In this document: positions 21,101 through 29,583 of the stretch, piece by piece
Layout of the letters: every line of letters begins with the position of its first letter
Numbering within the stretch: the first letter of the stretch is position 1
IMG/VR virus record: IMGVR_UViG_3300032213_001813
Span: 1-64,000 of that record
Source of the DNA: a virus
Direction: 5' to 3' (one strand)
Length of the DNA: 64,000 bases
Program-made: the position numbers and the translations under genes
Notes under the pieces: model-generated
Databases searched by the model: none
Told to the model about the DNA's origin: nothing
The model's input: the letters and a program-made list of their open reading frames with translations, nothing else

Positions 21101-24100
21101 AAACTGGATATAGTTTGTATTTTTATACAAATGGTAGTGCTACATCAAAAATGACTTTAGATACTGTTGGTAATCTTAGTTTATTAGGTACATTAACAGC
21201 AACTCAAGTTGATACTGGACAAGGTTTGACAGAAGTTCATCTAATGAACCAAAATATTCGTACAACTGATAATGTTATACATAATCAGGTGACTGCAAAC
21301 TCTGGTGGTAATGGTGGGGCATTTTATTTAAGTGATACTAATGCTGGATTGTATAGAGATAATACTTATGATGTAATTCTTTTACAAGCTAACTCATCTG
21401 GTAATCCACTTTATATGGCAGGTGCTGGTGAAGTTAGAGTAAGTATAGATTCAAATAATAACGAAACCGCACAAAAATTTATAGTAGGTAATAATGCAAT
21501 AAAATCAACAAACGAATTATTTTCAGTAAACGAAAGTGGTACGGCGTTTGCATCTTCTGATTTTAGAGCACCTATATTTTATGATTCTGCAAATCCTACA
21601 TACTATGTAGACCCAGCAACATATACCAATTTGTTTGGTGGATTCTTAATGAATGGTTCGCATGGTAGTACTTTAATTCAAAATTCACTACCTGCTGCAA
21701 ATAATGGTGGTGGTACTGGACTTGTTAGAATGAGTTGGTGGGTATCTGAACCTGGTGTAACTTACGATTGGGGTGGATTTGGATATAATGTATTAAATGA
21801 TGGTGGTTCTCCATCCGGATTTGGTAGAATAAATACTTCATTTGGACAAGCTTATATGAGATTTGGTACAAGTGGACAATTCTACTTCTATACTACTTCT
21901 ACTGGTGGTACTCGTTATACTCATATGTACTTAGCACCTAACAATGGAGTTGAGACATATGGTAGATTATATAATGATACTTATGTAGATGCACCACAAT
22001 TCCGTGATTCAAGCAATACTGCATATTTTTTAGACCCATTATCCGATTCAAATTTAAATACGGGTACAATGAACGGCCGTTGGAAATTCTCTAATTATTT
22101 GAGAAGTAACAATGCAGGTGGTTTAATGGGTGATTATGATACTAATAGTACTGCATCAAAAGTTATTTGGACGATTGGTGAAGCTTGGCCATTAGCTAAT
22201 ATGTACGGATTGGGTTATGAATACGGAAGTGGATATGACCATCATTTGGCATTAAGAAACAATGGTACAACTTACTCTCGTTTTGGATTTGCTGGTGCAG
22301 CATTTATAGGTGGTAACTTAACATTAGGTAATGATTTATACGCATATAGATTCTACGATAGAGATAATACTGCATACTATTGTGACCCGGCTGGAACATC
22401 CGTATTTACATATTTAACTATTGCAAACGGAAACTCTGTTCAGGCAAACGGATATAACAACAATGGTGGATTTGCAATGAATAACGCATCTACCTATTGG
22501 GGATTGGTGTGGAATTTTGCTGCAAACGATTGGAGATTAGGATATGGTTCAACTACCTCACAAGTTGGTTGGAATTTAAGATGGGATAATGGAAGTACGG
22601 CATTTGCACAAAACTTCCAAGCTAACATATATTACGATGCACAAAATACTGGATATTATGTAGACCCTAATTCGGGTACAACCTCATTAAGAACCGCAGG
22701 TGATTGGAGGTCAGATTCGGGAGCATGGTCTGGTGAATTTTCTGGTAAGATTCAATACCATAGTAGTAACTGGTATTTTCAATATGCAGGTCAATTCTTA
22801 TTTAGAAATAGTGGTGGTTCAAACGTAACTTATGGTGATACTTCAGGTAATCTATGGGCAGTTGCATCAATGCGTTCACCAATATTTTATGATGAAAACA
22901 ATACTGGATATTATTTAGATGCGGCTTCTGATAGAACTACAAACATCAATGGATTTAATTCAGATACTAACGCTAGACACGGTCATACCTACAAATACAA
23001 CTATTGGAGACCTTATATAACTGGAGATACTAACTATTGGACAGGACAAATGGGTTGGGGTACTACGGATATGAACACCGTAATGACATGGGGTAGTGGT
23101 TTTACTGATTCTTGGTCAAATCCGGCTAACCAACCATCTGGTACTTCTCACTGGGTAGGTGTTCAAACTTATCACTATGTAAATAGTTACAATAGTGGAT
23201 ATGGATGGCAATTAGTTGGTGGTCCAATAGGAAATTTAAGGTTTAGAAACTCTTGGCCAACTAATAGTGGTTGGGTAACTGTTGCAATGCATGACCGTAA
23301 CGATGGTAGTGGTGGTGGTTTATATGCAGGTGCATATTATGATGCAAATGATAGTGGTTACTATATGGACCCTAATTCGACTTCAAACGCAGCAATGAGA
23401 ATTAGAGGTGGTACTTTACATGGACCTAACCCTTCTTGGGGAGCATATATGTACGTTGGTTCAAATGGTAGACCGGGTGGTGAAGGTTCTGTTGTAGTAA
23501 CAAATGGTAACTTACACTTAGATTGCCAAAACGGATATGAAACTTATATCAACCATTATTCTGGTAATAGAACATATCTTTATGAAATAAGAACAAACTT
23601 TATTTACGATAGAGATAATACGGGATACTATTTAGACCCTAATGGTACATCATATCAAAACGTTGTGTATGGGGCTATATTCTATGACCACGACAGTACT
23701 TGGTATGGTGATTTTAATGGTAACTCTAGAATGAGCTCGGGTGATTTCTATTTTGCAGGATTCTCACATATGTATCGATTAGGTACACAAAATTCGTGGA
23801 ATGCATATGAAGGATTTGGTGTTTCAAACTCTGATAATGGGCAAAACGCAACATTTGAAGTAAACGTTTATGGTAATGGTGGTGACTGGAATTCTTGTGG
23901 TATGAATTCCAACGCTCGTAAATATGAGTGGTATTGTGGATACACCAAAATGATGGACTTGGATGAAGGTGGACACTTGAGAACTAGAGGTGCACAATGG
24001 GAATGGAATGGTTTCTCTGATGCAGATTTGAAAACCAACTTACAGGTTATTGATAATGCATTAGAAAAAATATCACAAATTAGTGGTTATACTTATGAAT

Positions 24101-24393
24101 TTACTGAAGATTCTCCATATAGAAACAATGATATTGAGGAAAGAACACATGGTGCTGGTTTAATTGCACAAGAAGTTGAAGCAGTATTACCTGTATTGGT
24201 TGATGAAGATTGGGTTGGTGGTGAATATAATAGATACTTCAAAACTCTTAACTACAATGGTGTACATGGTTTGACTGTTCAGGGTATTAAAGAATTAAAA
24301 GGATATCATGATACATTAGAAGATAGAGTTGCTGCATTGGAAAGTAGATTGGAGCAATTGGAAAGTAGAATACAAAATTTAGAAAATCAATAA
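18133..24393 (+). CDS. Long tail fibre (2086 aa) with two Gly-X-Y blocks and a C-terminal intramolecular chaperone (peptidase S74-like)
   Basis: GTS blocks; 7-8 FYDxxNTGYYxDP units; C-terminal FSDADLKTN...GLIAQEVEAVLPVLV...LNYNG...IKEL followed by a coiled coil. Confidence 0.85.
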   Translation: MEFNGKSPNGLNQLSASLVSLFVSGGAVINVSPQSVNVLTDITASGVQTSEINPSVGGTLSIQGNTKITGSLLVSSSISASSVVANTLVGDGSGITNIPASSIGDIDRIKSGSVQTIISPNKGLEVQTSLTVKDFLVVTGSGIFRGDLSVAGTINTTELKATYISASIIFASGSNKFGDNVVDKHEFTGSVGISGSIFVTGNTIATDITTDEVLVLNTTTGRIGRKFAAASSGTSGTSGTSGTTGSSGTTGSSGTTGSEGTSGTSGTSGSGGTSGTSGSGGTSGTSGTSGTSGTSGSSGTTGSSGSSGTSATSGTSGSSGTSGSGGTSGTSGSGGSSGTSGSSGSSGSSGTTGSSGTTGSSGTTGSSGTTGSSGTTGSSGISGTSGTSGTSGTSGTSGTSGITGAGGSSGSSGSSGSSGSGGTTGSSGTSGSGGSGGTSGTSGTSGSSGITGAGGGAGTAGSGGTSGSSGTSGTSGTSGTSGTSGVSGSSGTSGTSGSSGTMGTAGSGGTSGTSGTSGTSGTSGSYGTSGTSGSSGTSGTSGTSGTSGSAGATGSSGSAGTSGTSGTSGALSITGTTDNGVITLNGSSPNVTAEANLTFDGTTLTVTGNETLSGNLTVGGTIRAQQIFVQYISASLIYASGSNKFGDATNDKQEFSGSVDIRDSLAIPAFATNPVGTKAGQIYYNTGDTNIYRYNGTTWLAAAGTSGSGGTSGTSGTSGSSGSSGTSGTSGTSGTSGTSGVSGSAGSSGTSGTSGTSGTSGTSGTSGTSGTSGTSGTSGTSGSSGTMGTAGSGGSSGSSGSSGSSGSSGSSGSSGSSGGAGVPGSPGTPGASGSSGSSGTSGTSGTSGTSGSSGSSGSSGTSGTSGTSGTSGTSGTSGTSGTSGTSGTSGSSGSSGTSGANAGITSFTNPADNRVLTAVSANTINAEANLTFDGSTLLVSGDVTATAYYNAQASSGYRLRNAGNTANVGGFTRRGLWEGNANYDPSLWAETGYSLYFYTNGSATSKMTLDTVGNLSLLGTLTATQVDTGQGLTEVHLMNQNIRTTDNVIHNQVTANSGGNGGAFYLSDTNAGLYRDNTYDVILLQANSSGNPLYMAGAGEVRVSIDSNNNETAQKFIVGNNAIKSTNELFSVNESGTAFASSDFRAPIFYDSANPTYYVDPATYTNLFGGFLMNGSHGSTLIQNSLPAANNGGGTGLVRMSWWVSEPGVTYDWGGFGYNVLNDGGSPSGFGRINTSFGQAYMRFGTSGQFYFYTTSTGGTRYTHMYLAPNNGVETYGRLYNDTYVDAPQFRDSSNTAYFLDPLSDSNLNTGTMNGRWKFSNYLRSNNAGGLMGDYDTNSTASKVIWTIGEAWPLANMYGLGYEYGSGYDHHLALRNNGTTYSRFGFAGAAFIGGNLTLGNDLYAYRFYDRDNTAYYCDPAGTSVFTYLTIANGNSVQANGYNNNGGFAMNNASTYWGLVWNFAANDWRLGYGSTTSQVGWNLRWDNGSTAFAQNFQANIYYDAQNTGYYVDPNSGTTSLRTAGDWRSDSGAWSGEFSGKIQYHSSNWYFQYAGQFLFRNSGGSNVTYGDTSGNLWAVASMRSPIFYDENNTGYYLDAASDRTTNINGFNSDTNARHGHTYKYNYWRPYITGDTNYWTGQMGWGTTDMNTVMTWGSGFTDSWSNPANQPSGTSHWVGVQTYHYVNSYNSGYGWQLVGGPIGNLRFRNSWPTNSGWVTVAMHDRNDGSGGGLYAGAYYDANDSGYYMDPNSTSNAAMRIRGGTLHGPNPSWGAYMYVGSNGRPGGEGSVVVTNGNLHLDCQNGYETYINHYSGNRTYLYEIRTNFIYDRDNTGYYLDPNGTSYQNVVYGAIFYDHDSTWYGDFNGNSRMSSGDFYFAGFSHMYRLGTQNSWNAYEGFGVSNSDNGQNATFEVNVYGNGGDWNSCGMNSNARKYEWYCGYTKMMDLDEGGHLRTRGAQWEWNGFSDADLKTNLQVIDNALEKISQISGYTYEFTEDSPYRNNDIEERTHGAGLIAQEVEAVLPVLVDEDWVGGEYNRYFKTLNYNGVHGLTVQGIKELKGYHDTLEDRVAALESRLEQLESRIQNLENQ
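18829..19839 (+). repeat. Gly-X-Y (GTS/GSS) block 1 of second fibre, 337 codons
   Basis: Visible triplet repeat. Confidence 0.95.
20242..20841 (+). repeat. Gly-X-Y (GTS/GSS) block 2 of second fibre, ~200 codons
   Basis: Visible triplet repeat; contains the single proline-bearing stretch GVPGSPGTPG. Confidence 0.95.
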
Positions 24394-24417
24394 TTACAGT
24401 TATAAAGATTAAATAAT

Positions 24418-24765
24418 ATGGCAATTACATACGAATACTTTATTAAAGGAATATCAACGGATACTGCTAGAATTAATAAGCAGGAGTTTCCAAATACAGT
24501 TAGAGCTATACATTGGGATTTAATTGGTACACATGAAGATGGAACGGTTGAAAAACTTGAAAGTATAACAACTTTTGTAAAATTTATGACAAGACATACT
24601 GGTAGTTTTACACCATATAGTGATGTAACCAAAAATCAGGTTGTAAATTGGATTGATGAAGCAGCTGATACGGATTCAATGAAATTTGGTTTGGATATGG
24701 CAATAAATAAAACACAAATTGTACCAAATACTACCAATATTGATAATTTGCCTTGGAATAAATAA
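24418..24765 (+). CDS. Fibre-associated small protein (MAITYxW/YxI type)
   Basis: Contains FTPYSDVTKNQVVNWI; paralogous to the next gene; typical position after fibre genes. Confidence 0.6.
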   Translation: MAITYEYFIKGISTDTARINKQEFPNTVRAIHWDLIGTHEDGTVEKLESITTFVKFMTRHTGSFTPYSDVTKNQVVNWIDEAADTDSMKFGLDMAINKTQIVPNTTNIDNLPWNK

Positions 24766-24781
24766 AAATAAAAATTAAATA

Positions 24782-24789
24782 TATTTATA
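24782..24789 (+). promoter_or_regulatory. TATTTATA candidate late promoter
   Basis: 23 nt before ATG 24813. Confidence 0.5.
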
Positions 24790-24812
24790 CTATATAATAA
24801 AAGAATAAAAAA

Positions 24813-25211
24813 ATGGGATACACATACGAATGGAAAGTTACTGGAGTTAAAAAGGTAAATTCTGAAAATATAGATGAAGCAATAATTGGTACGCAATGGA
24901 AAGTTGTTTGTACTGATGAAGATGGAAATACTGGTGAATTTGTTGGAGCAACTCCATTTGATTTAAATTCAATTAATACTGGTAGTTTTACAGCATATGC
25001 AGATTTAAATGAAGAGCAAGTATTAGGATGGATTAAAACTGTGGTAAGTGGTTCAAACCGAATGACAAACTATTGGGGACATATTCAAGGGCAAATGGAT
25101 AAGCAAATTACTAGAAGTAAGTTATCATTTACTGAAGTTAGTGATGTTGGTTTACCTTGGTCACCAACAAGTGGTTCTGTGACACCTGACCCATTATCAA
25201 AAGATTACTAA
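24813..25211 (+). CDS. Fibre-associated small protein, paralogue of 24418..24765
   Basis: MGYTYEWKV...FTAYADLNEEQVLGWI matches the motif in the previous gene. Confidence 0.6.
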   Translation: MGYTYEWKVTGVKKVNSENIDEAIIGTQWKVVCTDEDGNTGEFVGATPFDLNSINTGSFTAYADLNEEQVLGWIKTVVSGSNRMTNYWGHIQGQMDKQITRSKLSFTEVSDVGLPWSPTSGSVTPDPLSKDY

Positions 25212-25234
25212 TAGTACTACAAATTATTATTTTT

Positions 25235-25286
25235 AATACCCAAAGCATATTTTTAATATAAAATTTATGTTTTGGGTATTTTGTTT
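25235..25286 (+). terminator. Long hairpin / intrinsic terminator ending the fibre module
   Basis: AATACCCAAAGCATA (25235-49) pairs with TATGTTTTGGGTATT (25266-80) with one G-U pair, followed by a T-rich tail. Confidence 0.65.
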
Positions 25287-25287
25287 A

Positions 25288-25295
25288 TATTTATA
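25288..25295 (+). promoter_or_regulatory. TATTTATA candidate late promoter (sheath)
   Basis: Immediately after the terminator, before ATG 25354. Confidence 0.55.
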
Positions 25296-25353
25296 TGTGT
25301 AAATTGGAAAACTTTTTACGCAATAACAAACATAGAATTTTAGAGATAAAAAA

Positions 25354-27657
25354 ATGGCAGAAAGAATTGTATCACCCGGTGTATTCACAAGAGAAAACGA
25401 TTTATCCTTCTTAACGCAAGGAATCGGTGAAATCGGAGCAGCATTTATAGGACCTTTCAAACAAGGACCAGCATTCATTCCAACGATTGTAACAACTCAA
25501 TCGGAATTTGAAGAAATCTTCGGAACACCCGATGGAACATATTATACTGAATATGCAGTACAAAATTACCTTAGAGAAGCTGGAACAGCAACTATTGTAA
25601 GAGTAGCTGGTGTTGGTGGATATGAACAAATTGCACCAATTGCAATTAAAGGTGTAGATATTAACGGAAATTCCAAAATAATAGGAGTTTTACATTCAAC
25701 AGCTGCTGGTGATGAAAAAGTAGGATTCCCTTCAGTACAAATTACTTCAAGTTTATCAACTTCTGGTTCATTTGTAGTTTCTGGTTCTGGAATTGGATAT
25801 GTATCTGCTTCAATATTTGCAACTGCAACAAATGATATCGCCGATGTATTTGGTGAATCTCCATTTGGTTCAAAGAAAGCATATTCTTACATTTATTTAG
25901 AAAACACTGTAAGTGCTTCTTATACTGGTTCTGGATTAGCTAGCATTGCAGCTAGTAATTTACCAACTCAAAATTACGCATACGATGCACAGGCTGCAGA
26001 AACACCAATGGTTCAATCACAATTGATTAGTGGTGAGAGATATGATTTATTTAAATTTGTAACATTAGGTGATGGTACATTATACAATACTAAATTTAAA
26101 GTTGGTATTTCTAATGTAAAAGCAGCTGGCGAAGATGGAGCAACTGATTACTCTGTATTTACTGTAACAATTCGTTCATACTCCGATACTGATAAGAGAA
26201 AGGTAGTTTTAGAAACATTTAACAATGTAAACTTAGACCCTGCTTCTCCAAACTATATTGCAAGAAAAATCGGTGATAGATATATGACTATTGATGCAAA
26301 TGGTAAAATTACTGAATTTGGTGATTACTCAAACAAATCAAAATATATAAGAGTTGAAGTATCAGCTCAGGGTTCATTCCCTATATCAGCAGCACCATTT
26401 GGACATACTGCATATACAAACCCAATTAAAGCAAATAGTAACGCTGAAGCTAGACAATTCCCAGCAATAACTTTCCAAACAAATTCAACTGGAAACACAT
26501 CATCATCTCCAATTTATTATGCTGGATTTGATTTTGAAACTACTGGTGTATCAATGGATAACAAACAATACTTAAAACCAATTCCTGTAAACGCTGAAAC
26601 TGGTTCTAACGTAGCATTTGCATTTGATTCTCAACTATCATATGTAATGACTGGTTCGGTTTCATCTGATATGGTTAAAAGACAATTTGTATTAGGATTC
26701 CAACAAGGATTTGATGGTTCTAATCCAACAATTCCTGTTAATTTAGGAACTGATATTAGTGCAGCTAACACACAGGGATTAAATTGCGCAACTTCAACAA
26801 CATCTGGTTCAGTAGCATACTCTAAAGCAATCAACGCAGTATCCAATCCTGATGAATGGGATATTAATATGGTTGTAACACCTGGTATTATAAGAAGATT
26901 ACACCCAGCAATTACTACAAAAGCAATTGATATGTGTGAAGATAGACAAGATTGTTTCTATTTGGCTGATTTTAACGCATCTGCGGATACGATTACTGAA
27001 GCAACTGAACAAGCTAACTCTGTAGATTCAAACTATGTAGCAACTTACTACCCTTGGGTTAAGACTATTGATAATAACACAAACAAATTAATGAGTGTTC
27101 CACCATCAGTATTGTTACCGGCAGTATTTGCACAAAACGATAGATTAGCAGCAGAATGGTTCGCACCTGCTGGTTTAAATAGAGGTGGTATCACTGGAGC
27201 AGTTAGTGTATTAAATAGATTAACACACTCTGAAAGAGATACTCTATATGAGAACAAAGTAAACCCAATCGCAGCATTCCCTGGACAAGGTATTGTAGCA
27301 TTTGGACAAAAAACATTGCAAGATAAAGCATCTGCATTGGATAGAATCAACGTTAGAAGATTATTAATTACTGTTAAGAAATTTATCGCTTCAACATCTC
27401 GTTATTTGGTGTTCGAACAAAACACAGCAATAACAAGAGGTAAATTCTTATCAACTGTTAATCCTTATTTGGATGATATTCAAAGAAGACAAGGTCTTTA
27501 CGCATTTAGAGTAGTAATGGATGAAACCAACAACACTCCTGATGTAATTGATAGAAACATATTAGCTGGACAGATTTTCTTACAACCTGCTAAGACTGCT
27601 GAATTCATCGTAATCGATTTCAACATCTTACCAACTGGAGCATCGTTTACAGCATAA
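25354..27657 (+). CDS. gp18: Contractile tail sheath protein
   Basis: N-terminal SPGVFTRENDLS; C-terminal WFAPAGLNRG, LYENKVNPI, GQKTLQ, DRINVRRL, IFLQPAKTAEFIVIDF. Confidence 0.95.
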   Translation: MAERIVSPGVFTRENDLSFLTQGIGEIGAAFIGPFKQGPAFIPTIVTTQSEFEEIFGTPDGTYYTEYAVQNYLREAGTATIVRVAGVGGYEQIAPIAIKGVDINGNSKIIGVLHSTAAGDEKVGFPSVQITSSLSTSGSFVVSGSGIGYVSASIFATATNDIADVFGESPFGSKKAYSYIYLENTVSASYTGSGLASIAASNLPTQNYAYDAQAAETPMVQSQLISGERYDLFKFVTLGDGTLYNTKFKVGISNVKAAGEDGATDYSVFTVTIRSYSDTDKRKVVLETFNNVNLDPASPNYIARKIGDRYMTIDANGKITEFGDYSNKSKYIRVEVSAQGSFPISAAPFGHTAYTNPIKANSNAEARQFPAITFQTNSTGNTSSSPIYYAGFDFETTGVSMDNKQYLKPIPVNAETGSNVAFAFDSQLSYVMTGSVSSDMVKRQFVLGFQQGFDGSNPTIPVNLGTDISAANTQGLNCATSTTSGSVAYSKAINAVSNPDEWDINMVVTPGIIRRLHPAITTKAIDMCEDRQDCFYLADFNASADTITEATEQANSVDSNYVATYYPWVKTIDNNTNKLMSVPPSVLLPAVFAQNDRLAAEWFAPAGLNRGGITGAVSVLNRLTHSERDTLYENKVNPIAAFPGQGIVAFGQKTLQDKASALDRINVRRLLITVKKFIASTSRYLVFEQNTAITRGKFLSTVNPYLDDIQRRQGLYAFRVVMDETNNTPDVIDRNILAGQIFLQPAKTAEFIVIDFNILPTGASFTA

Positions 27658-27678
27658 TATAAAAAAACAAAAAAACAA

Positions 27679-27686
27679 TATTTATA
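27679..27686 (+). promoter_or_regulatory. TATTTATA candidate late promoter (tube)
   Basis: 26 nt before ATG 27713. Confidence 0.55.
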
Positions 27687-27712
27687 ATTACTAAAAAGGA
27701 TATTAATAAGAT

Positions 27713-28210
27713 ATGGCAGAGATATTAGAATACGGACAGATTTTCTTTCAGAACTTCGAACCGAAAATGAAAAACCGCTTTGTGATGACGTTTGCAGATT
27801 TAACTATCGAAGCGTACACTGTAAAAGCGGCAAATAGACCAACTATTCAATTTGAAAAGGTAACAATGGACCACATAAATGTTAAAAGACATTTAAAAGG
27901 AAAAGGTGAATGGCAAGATATAACAGTGACATTGTATGACCCAATTGTACCATCAGCGGCACAAGCGGTAATGGATTGGATTCGTTTATCTCATGAATCA
28001 ATTACTGGTAGAGATGGATATGCTGATTTTTACAAAAAGCAAGTTGTAATTAAAATGCTAGGACCTGTTGGTGATGTAATTGAGCAATGGACTTTACATG
28101 GTGCATTCATTACTAACGCTAACTTTGGTGAATTAGATTGGTCTAATGCAACTGACCCTGCTGATATCGTTTTAACATTAACATATGATTACGCAGTTTT
28201 AGAATATTAA
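27713..28210 (+). CDS. gp19: Tail tube protein
   Basis: Follows the sheath gene; FEPKxxNRF, KGKGEWQDITVTLYDPI, EQWTLHGAF, GELDW, LTLTYDYA. Confidence 0.9.
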   Translation: MAEILEYGQIFFQNFEPKMKNRFVMTFADLTIEAYTVKAANRPTIQFEKVTMDHINVKRHLKGKGEWQDITVTLYDPIVPSAAQAVMDWIRLSHESITGRDGYADFYKKQVVIKMLGPVGDVIEQWTLHGAFITNANFGELDWSNATDPADIVLTLTYDYAVLEY

Positions 28211-28230
28211 TAATATTGTATTTTATAGAG

Positions 28231-28264
28231 AAAAGGGATTTCCGAAAGGTTATCCCTTTTTTTA
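28231..28264 (+). terminator. Intrinsic terminator after tail tube
   Basis: AAAAGGGAT-TT-CC-GAAA-GG-TT-ATCCCTTTT followed by more T residues. Confidence 0.85.
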
Positions 28265-28287
28265 TTTCTAATTTTTTAAATTTGATG

Positions 28288-28295
28288 TATTTATA
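28288..28295 (+). promoter_or_regulatory. TATTTATA candidate late promoter
   Basis: After the terminator, 24 nt before ATG 28320. Confidence 0.55.
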
Positions 28296-28319
28296 TATAT
28301 AATTAAACATAATAGAGTT

Positions 28320-29081
28320 ATGGCAGAAACGCAATACGATTTTCCAACCGAAGTGTTGGATTTACCATCTGAAGGAAAACTTTATCCAAAAGAAAATCCT
28401 TTATCATCCGGTAGAATTACAATAAAATATATGACAGCAAAGGAAGAAGATATTCTTTCCTCAACCAATTTAATCAAAAAAGGTATAGTATTAGATAAAC
28501 TATTTGAATCAATTATAGTAGATAAAATTAATATAAATGATATTACAATCGGTGATAAAAATGCAATCCTTTTAGCAACTAGAGTTTTGGGTTATGGACC
28601 TGAATATGAATTTAATTTTTATTCTTCAGTAGAGGAAGATATGATTGAAACTTCAATTGATTTAACTAAAATTAAAACAAAAGAGGTTGATATGTCATTA
28701 TTTAACAACAAAAATGAATTAGAATATATCACACCAATTGGAAAAAATAAAATTGTGTTTAAAATACTTACACATGGTGATGAAAAATTAATTGATGCTG
28801 ATATTGAAGCACTTAAAAAAGTAAACAAAGATGTTTCATCGGATATCACTACTAGATTAAGATATATGATTAAATCAGTAGATGGTAATTCGGATATGGG
28901 AGCTATTAGTAAATTTGTAAATAATATGATTGCTAGAGATAGTAGAGCATTTAGAGATTATGCTAAAAAAATAACTCCAGATGTTAATATGAAATTTGAA
29001 TATACCCACAATAATGGGGAGGTGGAGGAGGCGCCTATCTCTATGGGTGTTGGCTTTTTTTGGCCTTCCACCAAATCATAG
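28320..29081 (+). CDS. T4 gp26-like / tail assembly chaperone, short (G-like) form
   Basis: FPTEVLDLPSEG.LYP, IKYMTAKEEDIL, GDKNAILLATR; lies between tube and tape measure; ends GFFWPSTKS over a T7 run. Confidence 0.75.
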   Translation: MAETQYDFPTEVLDLPSEGKLYPKENPLSSGRITIKYMTAKEEDILSSTNLIKKGIVLDKLFESIIVDKININDITIGDKNAILLATRVLGYGPEYEFNFYSSVEEDMIETSIDLTKIKTKEVDMSLFNNKNELEYITPIGKNKIVFKILTHGDEKLIDADIEALKKVNKDVSSDITTRLRYMIKSVDGNSDMGAISKFVNNMIARDSRAFRDYAKKITPDVNMKFEYTHNNGEVEEAPISMGVGFFWPSTKS

Positions 29082-29277
29082 TTTATTACTTCATAGTCAA
29101 ATATTTGACATGGTTCAATATGGTAATGCATTTAGTGTGATGGAACTATATAAAATGCCAACCTACCTACGAATGTTTTATTACAATAAGTTGGTAGAAT
29201 CAAAGAAAAAAGAATCAGAGCAAGTTCAAAACGCAAATAATTCATCAAAACAATCCAAAGTTAGGTTTAAGAGATAA
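29062..29277 (+). CDS. gp51-like / T-like chaperone extension in the +1 frame, probably reached by frameshift
   Basis: Protein-like sequence GLPPNHSLLLHSQIFDMVQYG...ELYKMPTYLRMFYYNKL begins right at the T7 run. The upstream part of this frame looks non-coding. Confidence 0.6.
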   Translation, partial: GLPPNHSLLLHSQIFDMVQYGNAFSVMELYKMPTYLRMFYYNKLVESKKKESEQVQNANNSSKQSKVRFKR

Positions 29278-29303
29278 CATCAAAAAACCTAACTTTTCTT
29301 TTT
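29257..29303 (+). terminator. 12-bp perfect inverted repeat / terminator
   Basis: AAAGTTAGGTTT (29257-68) and AAACCTAACTTT (29285-96), followed by TCTTTTT. Confidence 0.7.
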
Positions 29304-29309
29304 ATATCA

Positions 29310-29317
29310 TATTTATA
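29310..29317 (+). promoter_or_regulatory. TATTTATA candidate late promoter
   Basis: After the terminator, 27 nt before ATG 29345. Confidence 0.55.
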
Positions 29318-29344
29318 GGTAAACAAACATAAAATAGTATTATT

Positions 29345-29572
29345 ATGGCTAAATATAGATTATCCGAAGGAAACTTTGATAAATTTTTAAGATTTTTTGG
29401 TATAGATAACAATAAAAGACCAAAATCAATTGAAGATATTATTAAAAACGACCCAAAATTACAAAGTATAGATAGACAAATGGCTAGGTTAAATGATGAG
29501 GCAGGTGAGCGTATTAGAAAAAATCCACGTATGATGGATGCGTTTAAAATAGCGGGTATAGAAATATATTAA
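29345..29572 (+). CDS. Hypothetical protein (75 aa)
   Basis: ATG 27 nt after a TATTTATA motif; fills the gap before the tape measure gene. Confidence 0.6.
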   Translation: MAKYRLSEGNFDKFLRFFGIDNNKRPKSIEDIIKNDPKLQSIDRQMARLNDEAGERIRKNPRMMDAFKIAGIEIY

Positions 29573-29583
29573 AATTATTAAAA

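Noticed and set aside
16053-24393. Diversity-generating retroelement acting on fibre tips
   Set aside because: No reverse transcriptase and no template/variable repeat pair differing only at adenines was seen in this window.
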